A DNA stretch of 60,578 nucleotides, counting the filler, from Sphacelaria rigidula (taxonomy: Eukaryota), in assembly GCA_964200075.2 (NCBI GenBank). It is 6 parts of 6 records of this genome, joined end to end, with 100 filler letters (N's around TTAATTAATTAA, not from the genome) between each part and the next. Parts side by side here need not be neighbours in the genome. Positions count along the whole stretch, not along the records: positions 30,345 to 40,356 come from CAXNAA020007322.1; positions 40,457 to 50,467 come from CAXNAA020007323.1; 4 more parts are not named here. One strand, written 5' to 3'. Within the stretch, counting starts at the first letter, position 1, and each line of letters begins with the position of its first letter. The position numbers were made by a program, and so were the translations under genes. This document shows positions 35,055 to 47,355 of the stretch, one piece after another. Below the pieces are notes generated by a model that was not told the origin of the DNA, searched no databases, and was given only the letters and a program-made list of their open reading frames with translations.

Positions 35055-35670
35055 GGAGGGGGGGGGGGCACGAAAAATCGATAACATTTCTCTTTTCTTG
35101 TTTTTGTTCACAAGCAGAAAAAAATGACACATATTCAAAAGAAAATGACACTATATACCCGGAGTGTACATACCGTTTTCCCCTCGTCGAAAAACAATAA
35201 TCCAATCCAACCCACCAACCCTTTTCTCCTTGTCGAAAAAACAATATTTCAACCCAATCCACCGACACAATCATTATTTTTTACCCTTTCGTATATATAT
35301 ATATATATATACCAACCCACCAACCCTCTTCTCCTTGTCCGAAAAACAATAATCCAAGCCAACCTACCAATCCGCTCACAATATTTTACCCTTTTTATAG
35401 AGGGGGGGCACGAAAAAACGACGGTATTTCCCATTTTCTCATTTTTTTCACAGCGAGAAAGAAAAAAATATTGTCATTCAAAAGAAAACCAACGCACATA
35501 CCGCGGAGTATATATACATGATGGGGGGGGAGGAAGAGCACGAAGAAACAACCGTATTTTCCTTCTTTCTCCATGATTCTAGAGCGAAAAAAGGAAATGC
35601 CGCCCATTCACAAGAAAAATAACATTATACACCCGGAGTATATACACATTCCAGCATACCCGGAGTGTTT
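35055..35670. repeat. Degenerate local duplications (GGGGGGCACGAAAAA...CCCGGAGT and CCAACCCACCAACCC...GAAAAAACAATA units)
   Basis: 35058-35170 resembles 35401-35515; 35205-35290 resembles 35312-35395. Confidence 0.65.
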
Positions 35671-35833
35671 TATTTGACTCGAATTGTTCTTTGCTCATTT
35701 TATACTGTTCTCACTCGAAACTCCTACGAGCAGTGATTTATGGTTCAATAACGAATATGCACCCCCTCACTTTTTGCAGTCAACCATCTCCCGCCTCCTC
35801 CAAGATTCACGACTAATACTATATGACGAATTT

Positions 35834-35995
35834 TCAACCAAGGAGCACCACCACAGCGGTTACATCATCCCCGTTTCCTCGTCTCTCCGCTTTCTCGGCT
35901 AACAACCTGGCGATCTTGGAGGGCTTATCACCATTAGCTGAAGACGTCTTTTTCGCCGCCTGATTTTTTACCTCATTCGTCACGATCTCGATCAC
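35834..35995 (-). CDS. PP2C-family (PPM) protein phosphatase, terminal exon
   Basis: cggcag|GTG; IARLLAEKAERRGNGDDVTAVVVLLG* matches PP2C motifs 10-11 (A..L...A..RG..DDxTxxVV); upstream exons not found in this contig. Confidence 0.8.
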   Translation of the reverse strand: MIEIVTNEVKNQAAKKTSSANGDKPSKIARLLAEKAERRGNGDDVTAVVVLLG

Positions 35996-37741
35996 CTGCC
36001 GAGAGGCCAAAAAATATATAAAAGAGACAAAAGAAAAACAGACGTGAGTATATATATATATATATATGTGTGTAAAAACAGTGAAGAACAAAATTTCAAA
36101 CAGCAGGACAAGACGAGACAAGAGAGAGCACTCTGCAGTAAGTACAGAGTCTTACAGCACAATAGTACCAGTTTCGAACTAATACACGCTGACGAAAGTC
36201 AAGCTTGCAAAGAGCAAGGCGTTTCCGAAGCTCTACTAAAGTGGTGGCGCTAAGGTAGAGGTGCACAAATATTTTCTGAGGTTCCAAATGTCAAGAGTCC
36301 CCACCTCATTAAAAAAAACGCCACGGTTACTGCAGCACTCCAGTGGGCTAGGGATATCCCGAATGAAATTGAAAATGGGCGTGTCCTGGTCCATATTTTT
36401 TTTTAACTTCTGACTTTGGGAGCCCCCGAATGACAAAAAAAAATCCAAGGGCAGGTCGAGTGGAGTATACTCAATACTCGGTATTTTTTTACAAGTCATA
36501 CTTCAAGTACCCAAAAATGGAGTAGAGCATTTGAGGTCGTACTCATTTTACCCAAAATTTGAGTAGAGTACTGAGGTCATACCCAAGTGATACTCTATAC
36601 CCAAGTATTGCTGAGAGTGCTTCACCAACATTTGAGTAGAGTATTTGAGGTCGTACTCAATCTACCCAACACTTGAGCAGAGTATTTTAGGTCATACTCA
36701 ATCTACCCAAAAAAAATAGCAGAGTATTGAGGTCATACCCAAGTAATACTCTATACCCAGGTATTGCTGAGAGTGCTTACCCAACAGTAGAGTACTTTGA
36801 GACCGTACCCAATTTGCCCAAAAATTGGGTAGAGTGTTCAAGGCCATACCCAATCAACCCGGAATTTGGGAATAGAGTATCTGAGGCCGGACCCAATGCA
36901 CCAAAACCTTGGGTATTACTTTGGCTCTAGTATTCAAGTTCGTACCCAAGATACCCAAACTGGGTTAAAGTAAATACCCAGGTATTCCTAGAGTTGCCCT
37001 CCCATGATTAGTGCTGATTCCCGATCAAACTTCAGCAAACATTCGGATACAGTGTATTCGAGAAAATATTTGGACCATACCCGAATCATACAAAACTTTA
37101 GGGTAGAATGGATATTGGGGTATTGTCGGAGGGCGTTCGGAATGTACCGTGTAAACTGGCAGGGGATACTGGACAGCGTAAAAATCATATTGAAGTATTA
37201 GGAGTCAAAGTATCCTGTATAGTCCATACCCGGGCATGGTCCCCGGGTCCCCGGACGACGTGTCACGGGGTCTGTGACGTGATGCGCCCGCCTGCAAGTA
37301 GGGAAGAAGGCAAACAGCTAATGATAACGAAAGAGTCTTGAGTCCTGAGGCATATGATGACTGCGCCACACAACAAATCGACTGTTCCGATGTTCCCGCG
37401 TCTTGAACTGTTTCCACCGCTGGGTCTGCCATGGAGGAGTCAGATGTGCGGCTCGTAGAGTCGTGCATACTAACAATACCTACCCGACTACCCGTCTACT
37501 CCATCACCCAGTGATGATGAGTAGCGCTTTGTACTGAAACTGATTTCGAAGACATTGCGATTTATGAACTATGGGTATATAAACTGGGTGGGGCTCATAC
37601 TCATTGCAGCCCGTGACGTGACGTCAATCATCTCATCGATGGCCATCGTTCGCCCATGTATTCAATATAATCTGTGAAGTGACGTCACGAAGTCACCGAC
37701 GGTGACGGTTACTCATGATACCCAAGTGATACTAAAGTTCA

Positions 37742-38880
37742 CACCCTGGACAATAGACGGCATCTATTGCAGTAACGATAGAATCTCCCACAGTAGACGC
37801 CAACATTGTCGTCTGTAATTGCTATCGATCGACAGATTTCTCTTTCTATTGCCGTCGGGGATGTTTATCGATAGATCCCTTTCCCACACTTTTGTCGGGG
37901 CAGCAGTCTGTTGTGGCCCCGCACCGAAAACCATTGCCGCCGACTGAATGTATCGATCGATAGCTTTCCAAATGTATAAGAGCCGGCAATGGCTATCGAT
38001 AGACCGTGTACCAAACCTATTGATGACGGCGATGGCTATTGATAGATTGTATACCAAATCTATTGATGACGGTAATCGCTATTGATATATTGGGTACAGA
38101 ATTTACTGATGGCGGCAATGGGTATCGATAGGTACATACCAGAATCTACTGTGATATAAAATGCCTACCGATACTCGTAGTCTCTATCGTCTATTGCCAC
38201 ACCTACATCGCAACATACCATGTAAAGAGCATATTATACTCAGTTGGAGTACGGTAGAGAGGCCGCTAGTGAACATGCAGTGGATACACGGTGATACTTC
38301 TTGTGCATTCATGACGTCACGATTCTATAACTAACTTTGGAACGATTGTATTTTGTAGGAATCCGCAATATGTGTGAACAACACTTAAGGAGTTTTGTTG
38401 TTGGTGTGGTGTTGGTACTTATGGTTGTCCCTCTGAGAGACATGAGCACTTATAGCACTTTTGTGCATTGGTGAGATGTGCTTATGCCCTGGACAATAGA
38501 CTATGTGACACGACATTGCCGTTGCAATAGCCCCGAGAAATTTGACTGTCAATGTTTTTTGTCGGTCATCATCGACTGGCATCACTGTCCATCAATAGCT
38601 ATTGTGGGCAACAATAGATTCGGGACAAGGGACGGAATGTATCATTGCCGTGACAATGGAGGGGCCACGTTGTCCATCGATACATTTTTTTTGTTGGAAT
38701 AGGCTCTGAATTGCGGCCACCAATGTATATTGCTAATCACAGTATTATAGGATCTGCAACGCCACCACCAATACACATTGTTGTCACAATAGGATCTGAA
38801 TTGCGCCCACCAAGGTCTACTGCTCATCACAATAGGATCTGAATCGCGCCCACCAATGTCTATCGCTGGTCACAATGCAT
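37742..38880. mobile_element. Family F fragments (CCCTGGACAATAGAC termini at 37744 and 38487) with 39- to 42-bp repeats
   Basis: Homology to 14831-15280; ATAGGATCTGAATTGCGCCCACCAA units at 38699-38875. Confidence 0.6.
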
Positions 38881-38884
38881 CGAC

Positions 38885-39719
38885 TCGAGATATGGCGCAC
38901 ATAAGGTGCTATACTCAAAACAATATGTTACGAGCAGAGGCACTAGATGACCTGAAATCTGGATATCAAGTCTCAGTTTTTGAGAATTGTGCTATGACAT
39001 TTCGTATGGAAAACCGCTAGTGCATAATAAAATATTAGAAACAGTTGAATTCATGTTTTTCTCGTGTTTTTAGGGGATTTTTGAGGAGAAATGAACATTG
39101 CCCTTGGGCCTTCTCTCCATATTTTTAGTTCAATTTTTAGAATTGTGATTTGAAACTTAGAATGGAGAACCACAGAGGTATGCTGAATAAAAAAAATGGG
39201 CCCTCATTTTTTTCGTTTCAGGAGAGGTATTGGCGTTCTTGTAAAAAAATGTTCCAAACCAGTGAGAAAAGTAAATAAATACCAACCTGACCCACTTTTT
39301 TTGGTTCATCATGACCTAACGACATCCCGCACAAAATTTCAATACAGACACCAAACGTGGGCCGGTAAGTGGCCTGCAATATGCTGTGTAGAATTTCCAC
39401 CGCGCCGGTTTTTTAAAAGGCTCAATAGCAATTCACCACACGTAAAGTTGGACGCTGAAAATTGGTATGGACAATCAATAGGGCATAAAACAAATTACCC
39501 GTAGTCTCGAAGATTTTTTTCCGTTGTTCGTGATCCAAAGGCAATAATCAGTTTTCAGCTTTAGAAAAATGTCATTAAATCACGAAAAAAAAATTGGGAC
39601 CATTTTTTCATGTTTATACCCTATTGGTTGTCCATACCAATTTTCAGTGTCCAACTCTGAGTATTCAATTGCGAATGGACCTGCAAACTCCAAATGCGCT
39701 TCTAGGCTGACCCAGCTCG
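38885..39719 (+). mobile_element. Family E Tc1/mariner-like element, right part
   Basis: Homologous to 41915-42380 and 42880-43268; ends CCCAGCTCG|TA. Confidence 0.75.
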
Positions 39720-40356
39720 TACTGAGAAGTGCCTACCCGAAATTTTGAGTAGAGTATTTCAGGTCGTACTCAATTTACCCAAAATTGGAGCAGAGTATTT
39801 GAGGTCATACTCAACCTAGCCAAAATTCCGAGTCGAGTATTCAGGTCATACCCAAGTGATACTCCATACTCAGATATTACTGAGAGTACTTCCCCAATGT
39901 TTGGGTAGAGTATTTGAGGTCGTACTCAAACTACACAATATTTGAGTAGAGTTTTTGAGGCCGTACCCAACCTACCCAAACGTTGGGTAAAGTAAATACT
40001 CGGGTATTTTACCAGAGTATTCAAAAGTAAATACTCTACTCGACCCGCCCTTGAAAAATTTGGGCCCAAATATGCAACCCCGACCGTAGCATAACTCAGT
40101 ATTTGTGTTGTACTGTTGGTGACATTAATTCCTCGGGTACCAGATCTAATTCGGAACAATATCAGCGACTGAAAATCAACGCTGGTAACCCCCGAGGCCG
40201 TCGGTGAGCAGCTCGCCTCTCGTTACACGCATCACGCTGGATGATGACACCCCATTCATTTCATGTTCTCCGATCTTTTCATAGCAATGCGACGGTAGGG
40301 GTGCACTTTTTTCGCGAAATTTTGTCAGGTTCAGGGGCTCCTAACGATTCTAGACG

Positions 40357-40456
40357 NNNNNNNNNNNNNNNNNNNNNNNNNNNNNNNNNNNNNNNNNNNN
40401 TTAATTAATTAANNNNNNNNNNNNNNNNNNNNNNNNNNNNNNNNNNNNNNNNNNNN
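40357..40456. other. Artificial contig linker
   Basis: N44-TTAATTAATTAA-N44. Confidence 0.98.
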
Positions 40457-40592
40457 ATACCCTGGACAATGTTATACACGGTCAAAAAATGTACTGCGTA
40501 CAGTATGGGATCTTTTGTCTATTGCAATAGACAAAAGATCCCATACTGTACGCAGTACATTTTTTTACCGTGTATTCCATTGTCCAGGGTAT
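40457..40592. mobile_element. 136-bp loop-less palindromic MITE (family F termini)
   Basis: TA|CCCTGGACAAT...ATTGTCCAGGG|TA; perfect 82-bp core 40484-40565; 3 mismatches overall. Confidence 0.8.
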
Positions 40593-41591
40593 GAATCTTT
40601 GACAGCCCACCGCCCATCCTCTGCTTATTGCGCCGGGGCCTTGCGCCCGCCTACTCAACGTTTCACAGCGACGATGCATGCAGCTACCCTCCGACACCCT
40701 TGCGGTGCACAACGCTAATTAGAATGTGAGATGACTTGCTTCATTGGGTTATTTCGGGGTTCGCCAATTTTGTGCCACATTTTCGTAGGGTGGGAGCCGG
40801 GACACTACTACCACGTGCATAATGGATTCGCGATGCGGAGGAGGGTATGAATAAAAAACTGAAAAAACAATCTTGCAACGCTCTACATTTTATGCTTTGT
40901 TCCCCATACAATAGTGGGGAGTAGAATTTAACAAGCCGTGGAGGCTCCGTCTGCACCACGGAGGTGGTCTGCGCCACGGAGGTGGTCTGCGGCTCCTTGG
41001 AGGGCGCCGCTCGCGTAGAGTAGCGTAGAGCCGCGCTCGGCGTCGGGACCACCGGAGACCGAACGTGTAGGATTTCCACGTCAAAATACGCAAAAAAAAG
41101 GCCCCGAGATATTTTCGCCTACCGACGACAACATCCTCCTTAGGTTTCATTCGATTGCCTCCGGCGATAAATCTGCGGCTTAAAACGTTCATGTGCGGCA
41201 AGCCGTACATCGTCCTCCCAAAAATGTGCGCTGATGCAGATGCGCAGATGCCTTTTTTTTTAGCTCTCGTAGGGAGTGGGTGAGCTCACATGGGAATATT
41301 TTTTACTCCGGACCCGTCAGTACCTTGCGTGCAAGTCTTATCAGCAGATTGACATTATATAGCGTACTGTGTGAAGTGGTCGTGGGATACCGGAAGCGAC
41401 GACCTGGCTGACAGCGCGCTCCACATTGATTCTCATTCAGGTCGACGCCCGACGATGGCACAATGATAATTAAGATGAAATAGCCATTTCGACCAAGTCC
41501 TTGTCACTTGGACAACGACGACACGCCCCTGGGCGCCCAGCGAGAGCGGTGCAGTCAAGGCAATTCTCCACAGGTATAGGCGAATCCGCTA

Positions 41592-43268
41592 CAAGCTGGG
41601 CCAGACTAGAAACGGATTTAAGCTCTCAAATCAGTATATAAATCGACACAGACGAGTTGGGCCATGATCCTCATATCGTATTTATCGTCTAATCAAGGGG
41701 AAGGTGTCCATCTGCTCAAAAGTCTGGGCCAATGTTTTCTCGTTGATATAACGCCATGTCTAATAATTCCTATACCCAACGGAGATAGCGCCTATACTAA
41801 AATCTATCTGAACCCCCCGATCGATACATTTAGCGTGTGATTATGATTTTCGATGTGGGCATTCCCTGGAGCACGGGGAGACGATAGACCTCACCGTGAC
41901 CTCATGCGTTATCTATCTCGAGATACGGCACATAATTTTCCATACTAATATCAATATATTACGAGCAGAGGCACTATATGATATCAATCTAGATATCGCG
42001 CCCAAGTTATTGAGAGTTATGCGATAAAAATCGTATGGAAAGATGATGATGCATAATAAAGCTGGAATAAAAGGATTTTCATTTTTTCGGCTTTTTCTTT
42101 TTGTTTCGGTTTTTTCAACAAAAAAAAACTTCATTTCTAGGGCAGTTTTGAGGAGAAATGAACACTGCTCTTGGGCCTCATCTCAATTTCATAGCTCAAT
42201 TTTTAGAATTGTGATTTGAAACTCAGCATGAAGAACCACAGAGTTACGCTGAAAAAAAAATGGGCCCTCACTTTTTTAAGGGGAGAGATTCGGGCGTTCT
42301 CGTGAAGAAATGGTCGTTTGCATACTAAAACGCCCTAAACCAGTGAAATCAATACATAAAATTAACCTGACCCACTTGACTTTGTTAACCTTTTTGGAAC
42401 TCACAATGGGAAATTGGTCATTTGCAATTGACGGTTTTTGCGCAAGGTGTGGTTGACGGTTTACAGCTCAGACGGAATGCGTATTTTTTGGACCCCTGCG
42501 AGTGATGAGTAGAACCAAAGAAGGTTTCCTATTTGCCGATGTGCCGTATCAGACCCTGGAACCCATTGCTGTTTTTTTAATATAATGTTTCACAGTGTTT
42601 TTGCTGATTATTGTCGATGGATACAATTGGACACACTTCATCCGTTGCGTGGTATGACTGGACGAACCACACCCGACCTCTCCAGCGAGGGCATTTTTCC
42701 TGCACCCGCCGCGTGTGCTACTGGATTCTTCTTCGGTCTTCCATTATAAAATGGTTGCCGTCGGCCTCTTCTGCTTCCATCTCTTCCTCTTGTCAGGGCT
42801 TCTCATAATGAGGCGTTTGGTCGGGGGACAGGAGGGGAGGGTTCCAAAAGGGTTGATTATGCCGTGGCGAGGGTGCACACAAAGTTTCAGTTCACAAACA
42901 CCAAACGTGGGCCGGTGAGTGGCCTGAAAAAACTTTTCCGAAGTTCTTCTGGCCCCGTCTTTGAACGACCCATCAACCGGCCAATATTTAGAGTTGGACC
43001 CTGGAATTTGGTATGGACAATGAATAGAGTATAATAAAAACAAATACCAGTGCACACAAGATTTTTTCTTCATGAGTTAAGGGCAATAATCAGTTTTCAG
43101 GTATCAGTACAATGCCTCCAACTCATGAAAAAAAAACTTGTGTGCACTGGTATTTATTTTTGTTATGCACTATTCACTATACATACCGAATTTCAGGGTC
43201 CAATTCTAAATATTGGCCGGCTAAAGGGCCTGTAAACTACAAATTCGCTTCTCGGCTGGGCCAGCTCG
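41592..43268 (+). mobile_element. Family E non-autonomous Tc1/mariner-like element with both TIRs
   Basis: TA|CAAGCTGGGCCAGACTAGAAACG ... CGCTTCTCGGCTGGGCCAGCTCG|TG; no transposase ORF; about 42390-42850 is absent from the other copies. Confidence 0.75.
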
Positions 43269-45462
43269 TGAGGTTTTTCCTGTTGTTGGCAATGTTCGAT
43301 TAGTATGATCATGCGCACCCCATACACAGGTTATTATTTATCTAGTACACATTGAGTACACTTTCAAGTATCGCGAATATATATATATATATATATATAT
43401 ATACATGTGTATATACTACAGCATTGCTGTGCCGCATGCGGCACAGAAAGAAGACATTTTGTTGCAAGGGGAACATGAAGGAAATTAAAAATTGAGAAGA
43501 AAGGAGGAAATGGGAAGAGAACGATTGAAGAAGCAAAAAACAAGGCGTGGGAAAGAGAGAGCAGAATCAGGAAAGCAAGAAAAAAAAAGGGGAACTGAAA
43601 GAAGAAACACGAACCGTGTTTGTGCCAGGTGACAAACGTCAAAGTATTCACGCTCGCGTTCAGCCCTCGGGCAAATTGCGTCCGTGCACGCCTAGATTCG
43701 TGCAATAGCAGAGGGCGGGAGGGTCCGCAGCGGTAAGTCCAAAAGACAACAAAAAGTAACAGTTGAGCCACCTGCACGAAGGCTACGCACGGGCGCACGT
43801 TACAGTGCATTAGTTGTTTTCGAATGAAAGAGTTCAGCAAAAAAACAGAAAGTAGGCGCAGCCCATCATCCTGCTCCCGGTGGCACACAGGAGTGAACGA
43901 TAGTACACGCGAAACCGTTACTATATTTGCGTACAACTAAGGTACGAAGCAACAGTAGACGGGACACGGGGGCACCTATCTACGCACACACGCACTTTTC
44001 ATGTACAGCTAATGTGCACTCCGTGCTACTGACAGCAGGAGTACAGTACCGCCTGCATTTAAACGCTCGCTCCAAGTATACCAAGCCTACTACTGCACGC
44101 AGCGCACGGCATTTTTGCAACCGCGTCTCACGCGGCCTCTCTCGATGCCCTCCGAACAATGAAAGGCGAAAGACCCGTTGATTCGATCTCGTGACAGATT
44201 TGTCACCACAGGGCCTTGACGTTTTTCAGAACAAAAAAGGCTGTTGCGCTGCATTCGTCTCACATCTGTTCTACAATACAGACGAGGGGTGCAGCGCACA
44301 GTACAGTACAAGCTCACCGTACGTGTTAAGGCCTGTTTCAATGAGACAAGTAAAAGAGGGAATGCGGCGTGAGAGAGAGAGAGAGAGATGCAGGGTGATT
44401 CTGACGTCATTATTTATTTGTTTTTCTCCATGTTGTCCTCCAATTTGATTGCCAATCAGCTCTCAACCCAAGGGAGGGACAAAAAAGAAAAAACGAGACC
44501 GCCATAATCACCCTCTCTCACTCGCACGGCGCATTTTCACTTTTACTGTCTCGCCTTATAACGAACGCAGTACGGATCATGCGCATACTTTTCATCTGTC
44601 CTTCGGAACGGCTGTGCTGTAAACCCCCCTTACTGTTCAGTACGTACCTCATTTTCTTGTTGACGATCCTGCGGCATGACGTTCGTAACCTCGGGCTCTA
44701 CTTAACAAAGCCGCCGGGAGTAGCACCGCATTCAACAGAATGTCTTTGAACGCTCTTGATTGTTGTGCCGCATCCAACACGAAACTGTGACATCCTGGAT
44801 CCGCCTTACGATCAGTCGCTATGAAAATAGACGCAGCTGGCAAAATCAGCTGATACATTCATGAAGAAATAGCGTGATCACGCAGCTGATAAAATCAGCT
44901 GATATTCCATGGAAAGCGTGATCATCAGAACAACAAATACCATTTCGAGTGACGACGAATGATTTGTGACGGCCATCTCTTGGTTGAACACGTCCAGTCC
45001 AGAGAGATGTGCTTCTGTATTGCGATTGCGAGTTGGAACAAATGTGAAAATTGTAAAAACGATCGAATCATTTGAACAGTTACATATTTTTCAAGATAGG
45101 CCGCTATGGAACGGTCTTATGAAACACTCCTATTGTAAGGCTACCTCCCCCCCCGCACGAATCAAAACGTTCTCTTCTGTGGAATGTAAGCTAGTGCTCG
45201 AGCTGCCAAATTCACTTCAACGAATATGCGATTGAAGGATCTTCGAGCACAACTTTTCCCACAAACTCATATTTCAAGTGTCATTCCTTTGCGTCATGAC
45301 GGCATTGTTAATTGAATCACGTTGATACTTGTTCTTGCGGAGAAAAACGCGATCTGCTTGCCGTGTCCACATTTTCGGTTGCCAAAATAAATACTCTAGC
45401 TATAACTATGAATTACGCCAACGTCCCCGTCCCACTTTCCCCACAAACATACCAAAACACAC

Positions 45463-46763
45463 CTGAACTTGTCCTTGACTTCGTTACCCTCGGGTGCAAG
45501 ATTGCGAAGGCGGGTCTGCGCGCCGTCAAACTGCTCCCTGTCCATGCGCATGTTCGACCGCCGGTCTCCCCGAACTATCGCGGAAAGCGCCGAGCTATTT
45601 GGCCGCAAAGACGGCCTTCCACCACCACCCTCGGATTCTCGCGCCGCTGCACCACCGCCATTCGCATGATTCTCCGCGTTTCCTGCTCTCCCCGTGGGCG
45701 TAGATCCACCGCCGCCGCTCCCGCTTCCGCCGCCGCCACCGTCGCCGCCGCTGTCTTTCCCGCTTGCTATGTACGAAAATATCCCACTCCTCTTGCTCGA
45801 CAGTACATTGCCGGATCTCTCGTAAGCAGGATCCTCATGTCGCCTAGAATCGCGATCGCGAGGGCGATCCCTCGACCGCTGTCGGCTCCCGCGACCGCTG
45901 CCAGCGTGGGTGGAGGTAGCGGCGACGGCCGCATAGTCTACGTCCATGGCGGTCTCGTAGCCAACACCGCGACTGCGATCGCCGCGTCCCGGTGCGGTGG
46001 AAGCCCCGTGTCTACTGTCCCTCCTAGTATCTAGGGGATCCTGTCGCCGAGACTCTGCGTCCCGTGAACGATCTGCTGCCTGGGATTCGTACAAGCTCCC
46101 CCTCCCCGCGACCGCGGAGGTGATAGTGCGCCTGTTGTCGTCTCCATTATCTCTTCCCCTTTCTCGGCTGCTGTCCCGTCGTCTATCTCTGTCCCTGTCC
46201 CTATCCCTGTCCCTGTCCCTATCCTTGCCCCTGTCCCTTTCCCTGTCCCTGTCTCTTTCTCTATCCTTGTCCCTGTCTCTTTCCCTCTCCCTGTCTCTTT
46301 CCCTCTCCCTGTCTCTTTCCCTCTCCCTCTCCTTTTCCCTTTCCCTCTCCCTTTCCCTTTCCCTCTCCCTGGTACGATGATCCGTTAAACTGCCATAGTC
46401 CACGCCGGTCCGTCTTCCGTCCACATCGCGAGCACCTCTACTGCTGCCTGCCAATCCGGTGTTCCTGCTATCGTCATCATATCTCCTGGTGCTTCTCGAT
46501 CCTCTGTCGTCCCTGTCACTACTACGTCGCCGCGGATCGCCATCGCGTTCTCTCTCGCTTTGTCTCCGGCGCTCTCTGTCCCCGTCTCTTGTGGTCGAGG
46601 TGCGGCTTGTAACTCTGCTGGTGGTGCCTCTGTCTCCCTTACCCTCTCTAGCTAGCTTGGCCGGCGGCGGAGCTCCACTGCTCACCTCGCCCTCCTCGCG
46701 ACTCTCATCGTCATCATCACTGGAGGATGCGGAATCTTGACGCCGGCGGTACTGCTTCTTCAT
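45463..46763 (-). CDS. First coding exon of an RD/RE-dipeptide-rich (SR-related) probable nuclear protein; family unresolved
   Basis: ATG at 46763 (MKKQYRRRQDSASSSDDDDESREEGEV), long (RE/RD)n tract, AG|gtgtgt donor after EVKDKF; downstream exons not identified. Confidence 0.75.
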
Positions 46764-47355
46764 CGTTTGATGTGAACCTGAGTTGAAAGGCAACCCAGAC
46801 AACACTCGACAAGCGGCAAAGTGATGGAGCAATGCCAATGCGTCCCAGCCTGCTTGGTGGGTACCGCACTTTGTTATGAGTGTTGTGCTTCCAAAAGCGG
46901 CAGCCGACAACACTTTACACACGACAGAAGAACTAGAGCAACGGTGAGGTAAGAGACATAAATAATAGAGAGCCCTCGCCGTGTCCCTTCCTTCGCCGAA
47001 GATGCGGCTATTGCACTTCTGGCCCCTGATCGAGAAAATCGAAAACGACACATTCAACGCGGTTCTCTCTAGATAATGACAAGGGCGGTACTGAGAGGGA
47101 TAGGTGCTGTTGGCTGAGATCCAACAACGACAGACAGTTCAGTATTTGCCTCGCCGTCACACCATCCAGACTGCATCCCGGCGGTGACAGACTTGCAAAA
47201 AGTGTTTTTTCCCACCCACGACGGATCCCCCACATCTACCCCCAAACTTCATTCCACGGGATTTTCCTCCTCTGCCATTCTTCAAGGGTGGGCGCTGGTG
47301 TTGTGCTGTATCAAGAACGTTCATCACACAGAACAACCCAACGTCATCTCCAAAC
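46764..47355. promoter_or_regulatory. Putative bidirectional promoter and 5' UTR region
   Basis: 592 repeat-free nt between two divergent ATGs. Confidence 0.5.

Larger units (their letters stand above)
36446..40053. mobile_element. DNA element(s) with CAAGGGC.GGTCGAGT.GAGTAT TIRs and internal ~42-bp repeats, interrupted by other elements
   Basis: 23-bp TIR pair with 2 mismatches at 36446 and 40053; GAGTAGAGTATTTGAGGTCGTACTCAAT.TACCCAA arrays at 36510-36990 and 39725-40030. Confidence 0.65.

Noticed and set aside
36510..36990. CRISPR-like array (also 16625-17012)
   Set aside because: Degenerate head-to-tail units without unique spacers, no cas genes, eukaryotic context
45997..46380. (LS)n repeat protein on the + strand
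   Set aside because: Antisense shadow of the RD/RE coding repeat
46764..47057. N-terminal extension of the 553-aa ORF
   Set aside because: Lies upstream of the first ATG (46763), has no Met start, and falls in the putative promoter/UTR
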